Source: an uncultured Nitrospiraceae bacterium (GTDB taxonomy: Bacteria > Nitrospirota > Thermodesulfovibrionia > Thermodesulfovibrionales > Dissulfurispiraceae). Taken from it: a stretch of 64,000 bases of DNA. The stretch lies in contig CAVSHF010000003.1 of the NCBI GenBank assembly GCA_963727805.1, positions 1,408,001 to 1,472,000 on the forward strand, written 5' to 3'. Positions 42,254 to 52,976 of this stretch are shown piece after piece; positions within the stretch are counted from its first letter, which is position 1; the number at the start of each line of letters is the position of its first letter. The notes beneath the pieces were generated by a model. The model did no database searches. It saw only the letters and a list, made by a program, of their open reading frames with translations, and had not been told where the DNA came from. Both the position numbers and the translations under genes were made by a program.

Positions 42254-43048
42254 CTAGAAAGAATGTTCTCGGTCCGGGAAATTTCCCTGCGTGACCTCGT
42301 CCTTGTATTCATTGATAGCCTTTAGTGCATCTTCTTTTAGGTTTCCATACTTTTTTACAAATTTCGGCGTAAACCGCTCAAAGAGACCGAGCACATCATG
42401 GATGACAAGGACCTGGCCGTCGCAGTAGGGACCGGCTCCTATGCCGATAGTCGGGATAGATATCTCTTCAGTTATACGATGTGCAAGTTCTGCAGGGACT
42501 GCCTCAATTAGCAGAGAGAATGCACCCGCATCTTCGAGCATCTTTGCGTCTTCAATCAGCCTTTGGGCTGCCTCCTCGGTCTTTCCCTGGACCTTATAGC
42601 CACCCATTCGGTGTAACGCCTGGGGAGTCAGGCCGATGTGAGACATGACCGGGATTTCTGCAGTTGAAAAGGCCTTAACTTTGTCAGCAACCTCTCTTCC
42701 CCCTTCAAGCTTTACCGCCTGAGCGCCGGCCTCCTTCAGAAAGCGGCCCGCGTTTCTCACTGCTTCCTCGATGCTGATCTGATAAGAAAGATAGGGCATG
42801 TCACCAATAACCATAGCGTTCCTTGCGGCCCTTGAAACCATCTTGGCATGGTAAATCATTTCATCCATTGTTACCGGAATGGTGTTTTCAAGTCCCTGGA
42901 CGACCATCGCGAGGGAATCACCGACAAGTATGGCATCGATGCCTGCTTCATCGACAATCTGAGCGAAAGGAAAATCGTAGGCAGTAAGCATAACGATTTT
43001 CTTATGCTCCTTTTTCTTTTTCAGAAAATCCTGAACAGTAACTTTCAT
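42254..43048 (-). CDS. panB: 3-methyl-2-oxobutanoate hydroxymethyltransferase
   Basis: MLTAYD, LVGDS, KLEGG, HIGLTPQ, GIGAG. Confidence 0.96.
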   Translation of the reverse strand: MKVTVQDFLKKKKEHKKIVMLTAYDFPFAQIVDEAGIDAILVGDSLAMVVQGLENTIPVTMDEMIYHAKMVSRAARNAMVIGDMPYLSYQISIEEAVRNAGRFLKEAGAQAVKLEGGREVADKVKAFSTAEIPVMSHIGLTPQALHRMGGYKVQGKTEEAAQRLIEDAKMLEDAGAFSLLIEAVPAELAHRITEEISIPTIGIGAGPYCDGQVLVIHDVLGLFERFTPKFVKKYGNLKEDALKAINEYKDEVTQGNFPDREHSF

Positions 43049-43074
43049 ATAGCTCCTCACGGACATTTAATATC

Positions 43075-43136
43075 TGTCATTGCGGCTTGTCCGCAATCTT
43101 ATCAAAAAAAAGGATCCCCGACAAGCGGAAATAGCA
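43075..43136. repeat. Degenerate palindromic element (REP/RPE-like)
   Basis: TGTCATTGCGGCTTGTC...GACAAGCGGAAATAGCA imperfect inverted repeat with perfect GCTTGTC/GACAAGC core; single copy in window. Confidence 0.45.
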
Positions 43137-43156
43137 AACGAGCGTACTTAGATAGA

Positions 43157-44929
43157 TTATATACTATCTATCGACTCACGTAACGCCTTCAGGTTCAATT
43201 GCAAATACTTACCGCCATCCCATTCATTAAGCACGGGAAGAAATGCAGCGTCGACAAGATCGCCGTTGCGAGCTTTATCGAGCATGCCTCCAAGATCAAA
43301 GCCGATGGTGTCCATTCCCTTTCCATTCTGTCTGAGATACATCTTGAGATGATTATTCCCCACAATCCTCGGCCGCGTCACTTCAAGCATGCGAGCCCCG
43401 AAAACAGGCTCTTCATTTCCGAACCCAAAGGGCTCGAGTTGCGCGATTTGCTGTACAAAGTGCATCGTCACCTCCGCGAGCCTAAGCGGTGCATCGATCC
43501 TGAGCACAGGCACAAGGTCGTTCTCCGGAACCGTGTCATGCACAATGCCGGAGATCATTTTTCTGAATAAATCGATATCAGGCACAGAGAGGGTGAGACC
43601 TGCGGCCTGTTTGTGCCCTCCGAAGCTTTTGAGCAGTTCCTTGCAGCGGCAAAGACCGTCATGAACATCAAAGGGTGGGATGCTCCTTGCAGATCCTTTA
43701 GCGAGCCCATTGTCAATCGACAAGACAAAAGCAGGCCGATAGAAGGCCTCAGTTATCCTGGCGGCTACGATACCAAGAACACCTCGATGCCACCCTTTTC
43801 CAGCGACGACGATGGCTCCGGCCCCATTTTCAAGAGCTCCAGAAGACCGCAATGCTTCCATTGCTTCGCTATGCACGGCTTCTCCGATCTGCTGCCTTTG
43901 CAAATTCAGCCCATTAAGCCATTCGGCGAGATGAGAGGCCTCCCTATGCGAGTCGGTGAGCATGAGCTTTACCACATCAGATGCATCAGCGACACGACCT
44001 GCGGCATTGATTCTTGGGATAAGCATATAGTGAATCGCTGCAGCCCTCAGAGCGCCGGATTTGATACCTGCAACCTCCTTTAATGCTCTGATGCCAACCC
44101 GCTCTCCAGCCTGAATGAGCTTTAGTCCCTCTTTCAATATGATACGGTTGTCGCCAACAACAGGGACGACATCGGCCGCCGTTCCCAATGCTGCAAGATC
44201 AAGCAGATCTCTGACATTGTCGACGTTGTTCCCGAGCAAAGCCTGGGCGAGCTTAAACGCCACACCTGCACCGGAAAGTTCAGCTAATGGCGCTTCCTCC
44301 AGCACAGGCTTTGGAGGTATAAGTTTCGGATTGATGATGGCAACTGCATCGGGAAGCAAATATAACTGCGTTTTGGGGGAAGACGAAGTTTCTGTGAAGG
44401 GTTCATGATGATCTGTGATGATAATGTCGATGCCTAGGGAATTTGCAGTTGAGACCGCTTCAAAGGAGTTTATGCCGCAGTCGACAGTTACGATCAGTGA
44501 GGCCCCAGTCTCCCTCGCCCTCCTGATGCCTTCTGCACCAAGTCCGTAGCCAGTTGCCCTGTCGGGAATGTAATACCGCGCCTCTATGCCAAACTTCTTC
44601 AAGGCTTCCATCATGATCACCGTTGCTGTTATACCATCAGCATCGTAATCGCCATGGATGAGCACCTTTTCTCGCTGTCGCGCAGCTGTGGCGATTCTCT
44701 TGACTGCGTTCCCCATACCGGGGAGTTCAAAGGGATCGGCCAACCTTGTTAAATCTGGATTGAGAAAAGAGTCGAGCTGCCTGGACGTCTTGATTCCTCT
44801 ATTAATGAGCACCTGGGCAAGAGGAGAGGAAAAACCCGTTATCCTCGAAATATAGTCGATATATTCAAGGTTTGTCTTGCTGAGCAGCCATTTGCAGCCC
44901 GCAGTCCCAAAAGACATCGCACGCTCCAC
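43157..44929 (-). CDS. recJ: ssDNA exonuclease RecJ
   Basis: GDYDADG, TVDCG, TDHH, GSARS, GGHKQAAG. Confidence 0.96.
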   Translation of the reverse strand: MERAMSFGTAGCKWLLSKTNLEYIDYISRITGFSSPLAQVLINRGIKTSRQLDSFLNPDLTRLADPFELPGMGNAVKRIATAARQREKVLIHGDYDADGITATVIMMEALKKFGIEARYYIPDRATGYGLGAEGIRRARETGASLIVTVDCGINSFEAVSTANSLGIDIIITDHHEPFTETSSSPKTQLYLLPDAVAIINPKLIPPKPVLEEAPLAELSGAGVAFKLAQALLGNNVDNVRDLLDLAALGTAADVVPVVGDNRIILKEGLKLIQAGERVGIRALKEVAGIKSGALRAAAIHYMLIPRINAAGRVADASDVVKLMLTDSHREASHLAEWLNGLNLQRQQIGEAVHSEAMEALRSSGALENGAGAIVVAGKGWHRGVLGIVAARITEAFYRPAFVLSIDNGLAKGSARSIPPFDVHDGLCRCKELLKSFGGHKQAAGLTLSVPDIDLFRKMISGIVHDTVPENDLVPVLRIDAPLRLAEVTMHFVQQIAQLEPFGFGNEEPVFGARMLEVTRPRIVGNNHLKMYLRQNGKGMDTIGFDLGGMLDKARNGDLVDAAFLPVLNEWDGGKYLQLNLKALRESIDSI

Positions 44930-44966
44930 TTAATGAAAACCGATTATCTAAAGCTAACTGATAAGG

Positions 44967-45887
44967 TCAACTCTTTTTAGAGGAGAGGGGGTGCTTGCGC
45001 TTACCTAGGAGTATGACGACGGGACTCGCCACAAAAACCGATGAATAAGTACCCACGGCCACGCCGAGCAGCATTGCGAGCGCAAAATCATGGATGACTT
45101 CTCCCCCGAAGAGAAACAGGGCAAGGGCGCTAAAAAAAACGGTCAGAGAGGTTATGATAGTCCTCGAAAGCACCTCATTAATGCTCCTGTTAACTACATC
45201 GTTGATCGGCTCTTTGAGAAATTTCTTGATATTCTCGCGCACCCTGTCGAAAACAACAACGGTATCTGTAAGAGAATAGCCGGCGATGGTCAGGAGTGCT
45301 GTGACGACTATCAGATTAATTTCCCTGTTGAGGAGATAAAATATTCCGAGTACTGCAAGAACGTCATGGGCGGTCGCGATAGTAGCCCCAATACCGAAGC
45401 GGATCTGGAACCGCACGGCAATATACAGAAGAATGCACCCGGCGGCTATCAGGGATGCCCAAAGGGCGTCCTGCCTCAGACGGGAGCCGACCTTGGGACC
45501 GATCTCGGTTGTTGAATCGATGATCGGTTTTTTATCCGCAAACTTCTGAGTAAGTATTTGTGTAATAATCGCGCTGACACCTCCAAGCTTCTCTTCCTGT
45601 TTCTTGACCCTGATGAGGATCTTGTTTTCGGTCGGAAGGTCCTGAAGATCGAAGTCCTTGACTCCGCCTTCCTCAAGCGCCAGTCTCACATCGTGGAGCT
45701 GCACGGATTGGCTGAATTTGATCTGGACTGAGGTCCCACCGGCGAAATCAACGCCTAGATTCGCATTGCCGAGCCCTATCTGAACAAGGGCGAAAATTCC
45801 AAGACAGGAAAGAACCCCCGAAAGAATAAAAGCGTAAACCTTCTTCCCCATGAAATCTATTTGTGTATTTTTTACCAGTTCGATCAT
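44967..45887 (-). CDS. secF: Protein translocase subunit SecF
   Basis: [28 protein letters not shown]. Confidence 0.96.
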   Translation of the reverse strand: MIELVKNTQIDFMGKKVYAFILSGVLSCLGIFALVQIGLGNANLGVDFAGGTSVQIKFSQSVQLHDVRLALEEGGVKDFDLQDLPTENKILIRVKKQEEKLGGVSAIITQILTQKFADKKPIIDSTTEIGPKVGSRLRQDALWASLIAAGCILLYIAVRFQIRFGIGATIATAHDVLAVLGIFYLLNREINLIVVTALLTIAGYSLTDTVVVFDRVRENIKKFLKEPINDVVNRSINEVLSRTIITSLTVFFSALALFLFGGEVIHDFALAMLLGVAVGTYSSVFVASPVVILLGKRKHPLSSKKS

Positions 45888-47509
45888 ATGCTCAACCTCT
45901 TAACCTCGCCTCTCGATTGGATAATGTCAAAGACCGTCTTGGTGCCTATCAGTGCGGTGAAGAGATTTATCGACACGCCGAGGCTCAGGGACACGGCAAA
46001 TCCCTTGATAGGCCCGGTACCGAACTGGAAGAGAACCATGGCAGTGATAAGCGTCGTCACATGCGAGTCGAATATCGTCCAAAAAGCCTTTTTATATCCG
46101 CCTTCGACAGCGGCACGGGGCGTCTTGCCCGTTCTGATTTCCTCTCTCATCCGCTCGAACATCAGGACGTTCGAATCGACTGCCATACCGATGGCAAGGA
46201 TGATTCCGGCGATGCCGGGCAAAGTAAGAGTGGCATTAAGAGATGCCATTGCGCCTAGCAACAGAATGATGTTCAGCATGAGCGCAAAGTCTGCAATGAG
46301 GCCAGACAGCCGGTAATAAAAGATCATAAAAACAACTACCATGATAGTCGCAATGATACCGGCCATTTTGCCAGCATCGATCGAGTCCCGTCCGAGGGAG
46401 GGGCCGACAGTCAGGTTCTGCAGAGTTTTTAAAGGCGCGGGGAGTGCCCCCGCTCTTAATACAATGGCGAGGTCTTTCGCCTCATCCAGTGCGAAGCTGC
46501 CGCTTATCATGGCATCGCCACCACTGATTTTGTCTTTGATATTAGGCGCAGAATAAACATTTCCATCCAAGATAATAGCGAGCCGTTTGCCGACGTTCCG
46601 TCCCGTGATATCCTCGAAGATCTTTGAGCCGGCTGCATTGAATCTCATAGAGACATAGGGCTCATTGAAGCGCTGATCAAGATTGACCTTCGCCTCGGTG
46701 AGAGTATCGCCGGAAAGGAGCACCTCTTTTTTGAGAAGGAAAGGGGTTTTTTCGACAACGAGATGAGTCTCTTTGTCTACAACATTGTGGAAGAGAACCT
46801 CATCATTCTCTGGGATTCTACCTCTGAACTTCTCGAGGACCTGTGCCTCTTCACCTGGCAGTATTTTTGATGGCAATTCCGCTGCGACAGGCGATTCAGT
46901 ATCGACAAGCTTGAATTCAAGCTGCGCCATCTTTCCAATAATGTCAACAGCCCTTTTGGGATCTTTCACCCCCGGGAGCTGAACGACAATCTCGTTTGTT
47001 CCCTGCCGGAGGATAGTAGGCTCTGCTACGCCGAATTGGTCGATGCGATTCCTGATGATTTCGAGGACCTGATCGGTCGCAGTATCCTTGATCTTCTGTA
47101 CTTCGGCAGCAGAGAATTTGTATTTAAGGACGCCGGTACTATCAGCAAGCGAGAGCGAAGGATACATGTCCTCAACGATCTTTCTTACCGTGGCATCAGT
47201 GGGAGAGACCACGACAAAGGGACCCTCCCTTTTAACGGTTCCCTGTAAGTTTTTCCTCTGAAGAGCTCCAGTAATCGATGTTGCCGCACGATCGGTAGCG
47301 ATCTCTACAGCTTTATCCCCTTCTACTTCGAAAACGAGATGGATGCCGCCTTGTAAATCCAGTCCGAGGACGAGCCCCTTCCCAGGCATATTTGTTGTCC
47401 ACCACGCCGGCATATATTGAAACAGCGGGGTATTGGGCAAAAAGAATATGACGGCGGCAATAACCGTAACACCGATAAGTATCGTTCTCCACAATATGCC
47501 CTTCTTCAT
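45884..47509 (-). CDS. secD: Protein translocase subunit SecD
   Basis: [27 protein letters not shown]. Confidence 0.97.
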   Translation of the reverse strand: MKKGILWRTILIGVTVIAAVIFFLPNTPLFQYMPAWWTTNMPGKGLVLGLDLQGGIHLVFEVEGDKAVEIATDRAATSITGALQRKNLQGTVKREGPFVVVSPTDATVRKIVEDMYPSLSLADSTGVLKYKFSAAEVQKIKDTATDQVLEIIRNRIDQFGVAEPTILRQGTNEIVVQLPGVKDPKRAVDIIGKMAQLEFKLVDTESPVAAELPSKILPGEEAQVLEKFRGRIPENDEVLFHNVVDKETHLVVEKTPFLLKKEVLLSGDTLTEAKVNLDQRFNEPYVSMRFNAAGSKIFEDITGRNVGKRLAIILDGNVYSAPNIKDKISGGDAMISGSFALDEAKDLAIVLRAGALPAPLKTLQNLTVGPSLGRDSIDAGKMAGIIATIMVVVFMIFYYRLSGLIADFALMLNIILLLGAMASLNATLTLPGIAGIILAIGMAVDSNVLMFERMREEIRTGKTPRAAVEGGYKKAFWTIFDSHVTTLITAMVLFQFGTGPIKGFAVSLSLGVSINLFTALIGTKTVFDIIQSRGEVKRLSI

Positions 47510-47564
47510 CTATTCACAGTCCTCCGGCTCGATATAATGGGTCCTTGTTTTTATACAACTCCTG

Positions 47565-47912
47565 TTAGTCCTGGTCTGAGCCGCTTCTCACAGTCGCAAT
47601 GGCAGACTTAGTGAATTTGATCTTCGTGTTTTCGGCCACCTTCAGCACGACAGTGTTCGTATCCACATTTTCAACTACACCGTACATACCGCCGGCGGTC
47701 ACCACCTTGTCGCCCTTCTTGATATTGTCGAGCATGTTCTTAAGCTCTTTGGCCTTTTTCTGCTGGGGCCTGATTAAAAGGAAATAGAAAATAACGAATA
47801 TCAGAATGAGTGGAGCCAGATTCATAATCATTGACTGAATTCCGCCTCCCTGTCCTGCACCTTGTGGAGCGGCACCCATCGCATATGCATCGGTGATCAG
47901 ATCGAATAGCAT
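47565..47912 (-). CDS. yajC: Preprotein translocase subunit YajC
   Basis: FYFLLIRPQQKK, GDKVVTAGG. Confidence 0.95.
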   Translation of the reverse strand: MLFDLITDAYAMGAAPQGAGQGGGIQSMIMNLAPLILIFVIFYFLLIRPQQKKAKELKNMLDNIKKGDKVVTAGGMYGVVENVDTNTVVLKVAENTKIKFTKSAIATVRSGSDQD

Positions 47913-48024
47913 TGAAGCCTCCTTTATTGCACACCCAAAGATTAGTCGGCAAATTTTTGAACTCTATAGTAACAATCTTGCTGCAAAAATCGCAAGGGCG
48001 CAATGCCTCGCACACCCCGGAGAT

Positions 48025-48843
48025 TTAGAACAGATATTCCCTAAATAGATGGAGGCCTCTCTTGTGCTCGTCGGACAACTCATAGTCAAGCATGTTCCAG
48101 TAATCAATGATTGTCTCTTCCCTCATAAAAGCCTTCATGGGCGAATGACTCACGATCTCACGCAGGTTTTTCAGTGATTCTTCTTTTGCCTTCAACAGAT
48201 CGTCGGTAAATTTCATAAAGAGATCGTGCCTCACATCGTCGGGATTATACAGCTCTTTCCGTACAATCCAAAGAGCAAAGACAAAGGGGAGTCCTGTCTT
48301 TTCATGCCATATTTCGCCAAGATCATAAACAAACGCAGAAGCGCCGATGTCCTTAAGTGTCGCATGTTGAATTTTGATCCTTGAATTGTACTTCAGGGCT
48401 TCATCCCCTATGAGTAGAAACGCTTCCGCATCTATCGATTCGGGATTTGTTGAAACCGTCAAGTGGCAAGAAACGCCATAAAATCTTTTAAGAATGATAT
48501 GGAGAAGGGCAATGGAGGTCTCTGACTGAGATGTGACGTATATGGTGCATCCAGCAAGAGTCCCGATTGGTCTCTTGCTGAAAAGAAAAATGCTTCCCAC
48601 AGGGCCCTTCGAACTGACCGAGATGCCGTCTACATACCCGTAGAGTAAAGGGTTGTGCAGATATTCGATCGATGATGAAGGACTGAGGTCAATTGAGCCC
48701 GCCCTGAGCATCCCGTTCAGGCTTGAGGGAACGCCTTCGACAAAATCATAGCATGAACAGTCGAACTCTTTTTCGAGAGTATAGAAAATCGGGAAAAGAT
48801 TGGCAAAAGGTATTCTTCCGACCTTCAGTCTCCGGTCCGCCAT
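48025..48843 (-). CDS. mqnA: Chorismate dehydratase (futalosine menaquinone pathway)
   Basis: GRIPFAN, PSSLN, LLIGDEAL, DLGEIW..TGLPFVFALW. Confidence 0.88.
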   Translation of the reverse strand: MADRRLKVGRIPFANLFPIFYTLEKEFDCSCYDFVEGVPSSLNGMLRAGSIDLSPSSSIEYLHNPLLYGYVDGISVSSKGPVGSIFLFSKRPIGTLAGCTIYVTSQSETSIALLHIILKRFYGVSCHLTVSTNPESIDAEAFLLIGDEALKYNSRIKIQHATLKDIGASAFVYDLGEIWHEKTGLPFVFALWIVRKELYNPDDVRHDLFMKFTDDLLKAKEESLKNLREIVSHSPMKAFMREETIIDYWNMLDYELSDEHKRGLHLFREYLF

Positions 48844-50288
48844 TATCCCTTTATCACTCCCATCGGCCTCAGCCGAGCAATCTTTCGGGCAATCCCAGCA
48901 TTGTGGACCACGTCCACTACGTTTGATATATTCTTATAGGCTTCAGGCATTTCTTCGGCAAGGATCTCTCTTCCAGCAGACCTGACAATTATGCCCTTAT
49001 CTTCCAGTTCCTTCCTTATCGTCCGCCCCTTTGCCTGCCTTATGGCCTGGTGTCGCGACATGATCCTACCCGCTCCATGACAGGCTGAACCGTAGGTCTC
49101 ATACATGGCCTTCTCCGTTCCAATGAGCACAAAAGACGCCCTCCCCATGTCACCGGGGATGAGAACCGGCTGACCGAGTTGCCGATAAATACCAGGGAGT
49201 TCGGGATGGCCCGGCGGGAAGGCCCTGGTGGCCCCTTTGCGATGGACGATCACTTTTTTCTTTTTACCGCCGATCACGTGCTCCTCGACTTTCGCGATAT
49301 TATGCGCCACGTCGTAAACCAGATTCATCCCAAGATTGGCCGGCGATGACTTAAAGAGACCCATAAATGTCTCGCGCGTCCAGTGCATGAGACACTGCCT
49401 GTTGGCCCAAGCATAATTCGCCGCAGCCCGCATAGCACCCAGATAAGCTTGCGCCTCGCGGCTTCTGAATGGCGCGCACGCCAGCTCCCTGTCAGGTAGT
49501 TCGATTTTATATTTCTTAACCGCCTCCTCCATGACTTCGAGGAAATCAGTGCATACCTGATGACCGAAACCGCGCGATCCCGTGTGGATCATCACTGTCA
49601 CATCGTTTTTGAAAAGTCCAAGCGCATTTGCGGTATTTTCATCATATATCTCGTCGATATACTGCACTTCGAGAAAATGGTTGCCCGAACCTAGCGTACC
49701 CTGTTGCGCTCGTCCCCGTTCATAGGCCTTAGCGCTTATTTGATCGGGATCGGCGCCGTCGATGCATCCCCCCGATTCGATCCTGTCGAGGTCAGTCATA
49801 GAACCATATCCTTCCTCGACAGCCCATCGTGCCCCTTTGAGGAGAAGCTTCCTCTCAGAATCGGGGCCGAGCCGTATCCGGCCTTTCGAACCGACTCCAG
49901 CCGGTATCTCGTTATAGAGGGCCTCGACGAGGTCTCTGATCCTCGGAGCTACCTGTTCCCGTGTGAGGTTGCTCCTGAGGAGTCTGACCCCTCAATTGAT
50001 ATCGTATCCAACACCCCCAGGCGATAATATCCCCTCGTCAAGATCAAAGGCCGCCACCCCTCCGATGGGAAAACCATAGCCGGTATGGATGTCCGGCATG
50101 GCGAGTGACGAGCCAAGAATCCCCGGGAGTGTGGCGACATTTGCTACCTGGTCGATGCATCCCGGTTCAAGCCCCTTTTCGAGAATGGCGTCCGCAAAGA
50201 TGATCCCGTTTGTTCTCATGCCTGATTTGTAGTCCTTTGGGACCTCGATCCTATTGTCGTCTATCCTTTTCAGCTTGTCCAGAGACAT
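48843..50288 (-). CDS. rtcB: RtcB RNA ligase, 481 aa when read through an in-frame TGA at codon 99 (catalytic Cys position; candidate selenocysteine)
   Basis: The two track ORFs are one frame: [15 protein letters not shown]...[13 protein letters not shown]...GSGNHF...HTGSRG...HN...HRKGAT...CHGAGR. Confidence 0.9.
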
Positions 50289-50315
50289 ACGGACCTCCTC
50301 ATTTACCTCGAATTC

Positions 50316-50729
50316 TCAGATATCAAAGATAACCTCTACTTCACACCGACCGCCGCTCTTATCGACCCTGATATTGTGATATGTCGCCGCCTTTAAAAGC
50401 AACCTCTGCTCATGTTTCCGCGGGTCGAACTCTTCACCATAAACCTTTGCCCTGATAAATGCTGCCGAGAATTCTGTGACCTCGATCCGCTTGCCTATGA
50501 AGTTGTACGTATCAAAATGGAAGATTAGTTCGTTGAGATACTTCACCAGAAGACTCTCGAGCGAATCTGATGAAATGTCTATTTCGAGCGTTTTTCTTTC
50601 TCCTATCTGCTCTAGATCGGTGATCAGACTGTACATCCCGATGCCGACGTTGCCCCAGGCCTCTGCACAATCACTTCCATACGCCTTAATGCCTGCGTCA
50701 CCGAATATATCGATAACTTCATAATTCAT
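50316..50729 (-). CDS. Archease (RtcB activator)
   Basis: YEVID..GDAGI.AYG, LNELIF, KAATYH, terminal FDI; directly upstream of rtcB. Confidence 0.92.
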   Translation of the reverse strand: MNYEVIDIFGDAGIKAYGSDCAEAWGNVGIGMYSLITDLEQIGERKTLEIDISSDSLESLLVKYLNELIFHFDTYNFIGKRIEVTEFSAAFIRAKVYGEEFDPRKHEQRLLLKAATYHNIRVDKSGGRCEVEVIFDI

Positions 50730-51753
50730 ACTTACATGATATCATAAGCCTCGGTTGACCACGGGCTATCGAAACCTGCTGATAAAGATTTCAACAAACA
50801 TACCTCTCATTTAAAAATACAGTTGTGAGAGTTGGTGCCAACACTGGAATTTCAACATTCGTCCTGCTGTCGCACAGGTTATGGGAGTTCGAACGCGGCG
50901 AGACCGCTGAGTAGTGCATTAAGGACAATGGCAATATTGACACTGATACAAAGAGCCTCTGCCCATCCCTAATCAAATGCAGCGCATTAAATCAACACCT
51001 TGCAGAATTGTCTAAGGTATTTGCTGTGGGTAAAATGCATTCCTTTGAAGTGAAAACCATCGCTGCTGTTCACTTGTTCGCCATCGAAGCATAGGTTATT
51101 AACCTAGCCGTTGTGCGCACACTGGCATATCGCCAGAGCAAAGGTTCGCGTTCCCTCTATGGTAACCAAGTCCATCTAGGATGCACTGATACGCACATAC
51201 TGCCATGATCGTCTGCTCCAGTCGTATCTGTGCACCAAGGAGTGAAACTGAACTACGGCAATGAAAAAGCAGTGCTAGGTGTCAATTAAGCTCAGGTGCG
51301 AACAACAAAAGCAGTCACAGTAGCCCTGGCACCCATGGTGGCCAATTATGCGTTCCTATTTATTACCGTAGCTTATTCAAGAAATGGAACATCGCTCTGC
51401 CCTTACTAAGGTGGCCGGCGGCGACCCCTCAGACGAGAGTTTCTACTGCCGAGTGCTCGGAGTTTGTGCTCTCAGTTGATAATCATATAGAGGACACCTC
51501 CCGAGCATACCATTTGGCGAACTGCTGAGCAAGGAGGCGATTGATTCACTCACGAGACAGATAAAGGCAAAATAGGTGGTAGTGGAAAAGAAGATAGATC
51601 TGAGGAACCCCTATGATCTTCTTCTAAGTAACCAGGAGTGGGGGAAGGTAATCGGCGTGCCTTTACCCAATTTCGCCGATTGCAACACGCAGATGAAAAG
51701 ACGGTTATATTCCACAAAGATTGCAATTTGATTTCTTAATGCGTTTAGATCGC

Positions 51754-51788
51754 AAAAAAAAGAGGCAAGGTCTAATGACCTTGCCTCC
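51754..51788 (-). terminator. Rho-independent terminator
   Basis: GAGGCAAGGTC-ATTA-GACCTTGCCTC followed by U8. Confidence 0.85.
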
Positions 51789-51809
51789 GTTCGACTTAAA
51801 TTGATCAGC

Positions 51810-52967
51810 TTATTTTATAATTGGCTTGTCACCTGCCATTCCATAAGTCATCACAGAATCAATCCCCGGGTCCCAAGCACCATTTCCATTGGTATCGACG
51901 TACCAAGTACCGTTTCTGAAGACGCCAATCTTGGTCTTTCCATCACCATTCCAGTCAGCGACAACCGGAATATCGCCGGCAATCCCAAAAGGTATGCAAG
52001 CATCTTTAGTCGGATCCGCAGGCGCTCCGCAGCCAACCCACTGGCCCGTAGTAGAGTACGTCCCAGGGTAATCAAGATACCACATCCCATTTCTGAAGAC
52101 TCCGATCTTGGACGTGCCATTCCCATTCCAGTCACCCACAACAGGGATATCACCAGCCGTACCGAAAGCTATGCAGGCATCTTTAGTCGGATCATTAGGC
52201 GCTCCGCAGCCAACCCATGTGCCTGTGCCAGGGTAGTCAAGATACCACATTCCGTTTCTAAAGACTCCAATCTTGGACTTGCCATTTCCGTTCCAGTCAC
52301 CCACAACGGGTATATCGCCAGCAACACCCCAAGAGATGCAGGCGTCTTTAGTCGGATCATTAGCTGCTCCGCAGCCAACCCATGTGCCTGTGTCAGGGTT
52401 GTCAAGATACCATGTCCCGTTTCTGAAGACACCGATCTTTTTCGTGCCAGTACCGGTCCAATCACCAATAACCGGTACGTCTCCGGCTAGGCCGAAGGAT
52501 ATAGTAGTGTCAACGCCAGGAACCCACACGCCGGTTTGACTCATATCGATGTACCACATACCGTTTCTAAAAACACCTGCATATGATTGTCCCACGATTA
52601 CAGAACCCATTTGTGTTTTTGAGACCTCATTCGAAGTGACACTCTCCAGTCCTGCGGAATTATATGCGGTTGCAACAAAATAATAAGTGCCGGACGCCAA
52701 GTTGTTAAAAGTATAGGTTGTTACCTTGCCGAGAGTAATTGAATTAGTGTAATTACCAGAAGAACTGCCATAATAAACATTATATCCAGCAAGGTCTGTC
52801 AGCGGCGTCCCATCGGTGTTAGTGGTCGGAGCAGTCCAGTTAAGAGTTATTGCTGAAAAGGCATTTTCAACAGCTATCGGTAATATAAGCATTAATACGG
52901 TGAATAAAGTCAGCGTAGCAATCCAAACACGATGAGCGGGCCGGTAAAGCCTCTCGTTCTTTAACAT
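51810..52967 (-). CDS. Secreted protein: signal peptide, FN3 domain, about five FG-GAP/VCBS-like repeats
   Basis: Hydrophobic N-terminus ending AFSA; LNWTAP...AGYNVYYG...YYFVATAYN; GVFRNGxWYLD...GDIPVVGDWNG repeats. Confidence 0.85.
   Translation of the reverse strand: MLKNERLYRPAHRVWIATLTLFTVLMLILPIAVENAFSAITLNWTAPTTNTDGTPLTDLAGYNVYYGSSSGNYTNSITLGKVTTYTFNNLASGTYYFVATAYNSAGLESVTSNEVSKTQMGSVIVGQSYAGVFRNGMWYIDMSQTGVWVPGVDTTISFGLAGDVPVIGDWTGTGTKKIGVFRNGTWYLDNPDTGTWVGCGAANDPTKDACISWGVAGDIPVVGDWNGNGKSKIGVFRNGMWYLDYPGTGTWVGCGAPNDPTKDACIAFGTAGDIPVVGDWNGNGTSKIGVFRNGMWYLDYPGTYSTTGQWVGCGAPADPTKDACIPFGIAGDIPVVADWNGDGKTKIGVFRNGTWYVDTNGNGAWDPGIDSVMTYGMAGDKPIIK
51870..52578 (-). repeat. Intragenic tandem repeats (about 165 bp / 55 aa unit)
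   Basis: Near-identical copies of tcttt agtcggatc, gctccgcagccaaccca and ccgtttct blocks. Confidence 0.85.
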
Positions 52968-52976
52968 AAGCACCCC

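Noticed and set aside
43049..43156. pan RNA motif upstream of panB
   Set aside because: No recognisable pan-motif hairpins; better explained as a palindromic repeat.
51801..52490. 229-aa + strand ORF
   Set aside because: Antisense shadow of the repeat protein.
51870..52578. Repeats as a CRISPR array
   Set aside because: They are in-frame coding repeats of about 165 bp with no unique spacers and no cas genes.
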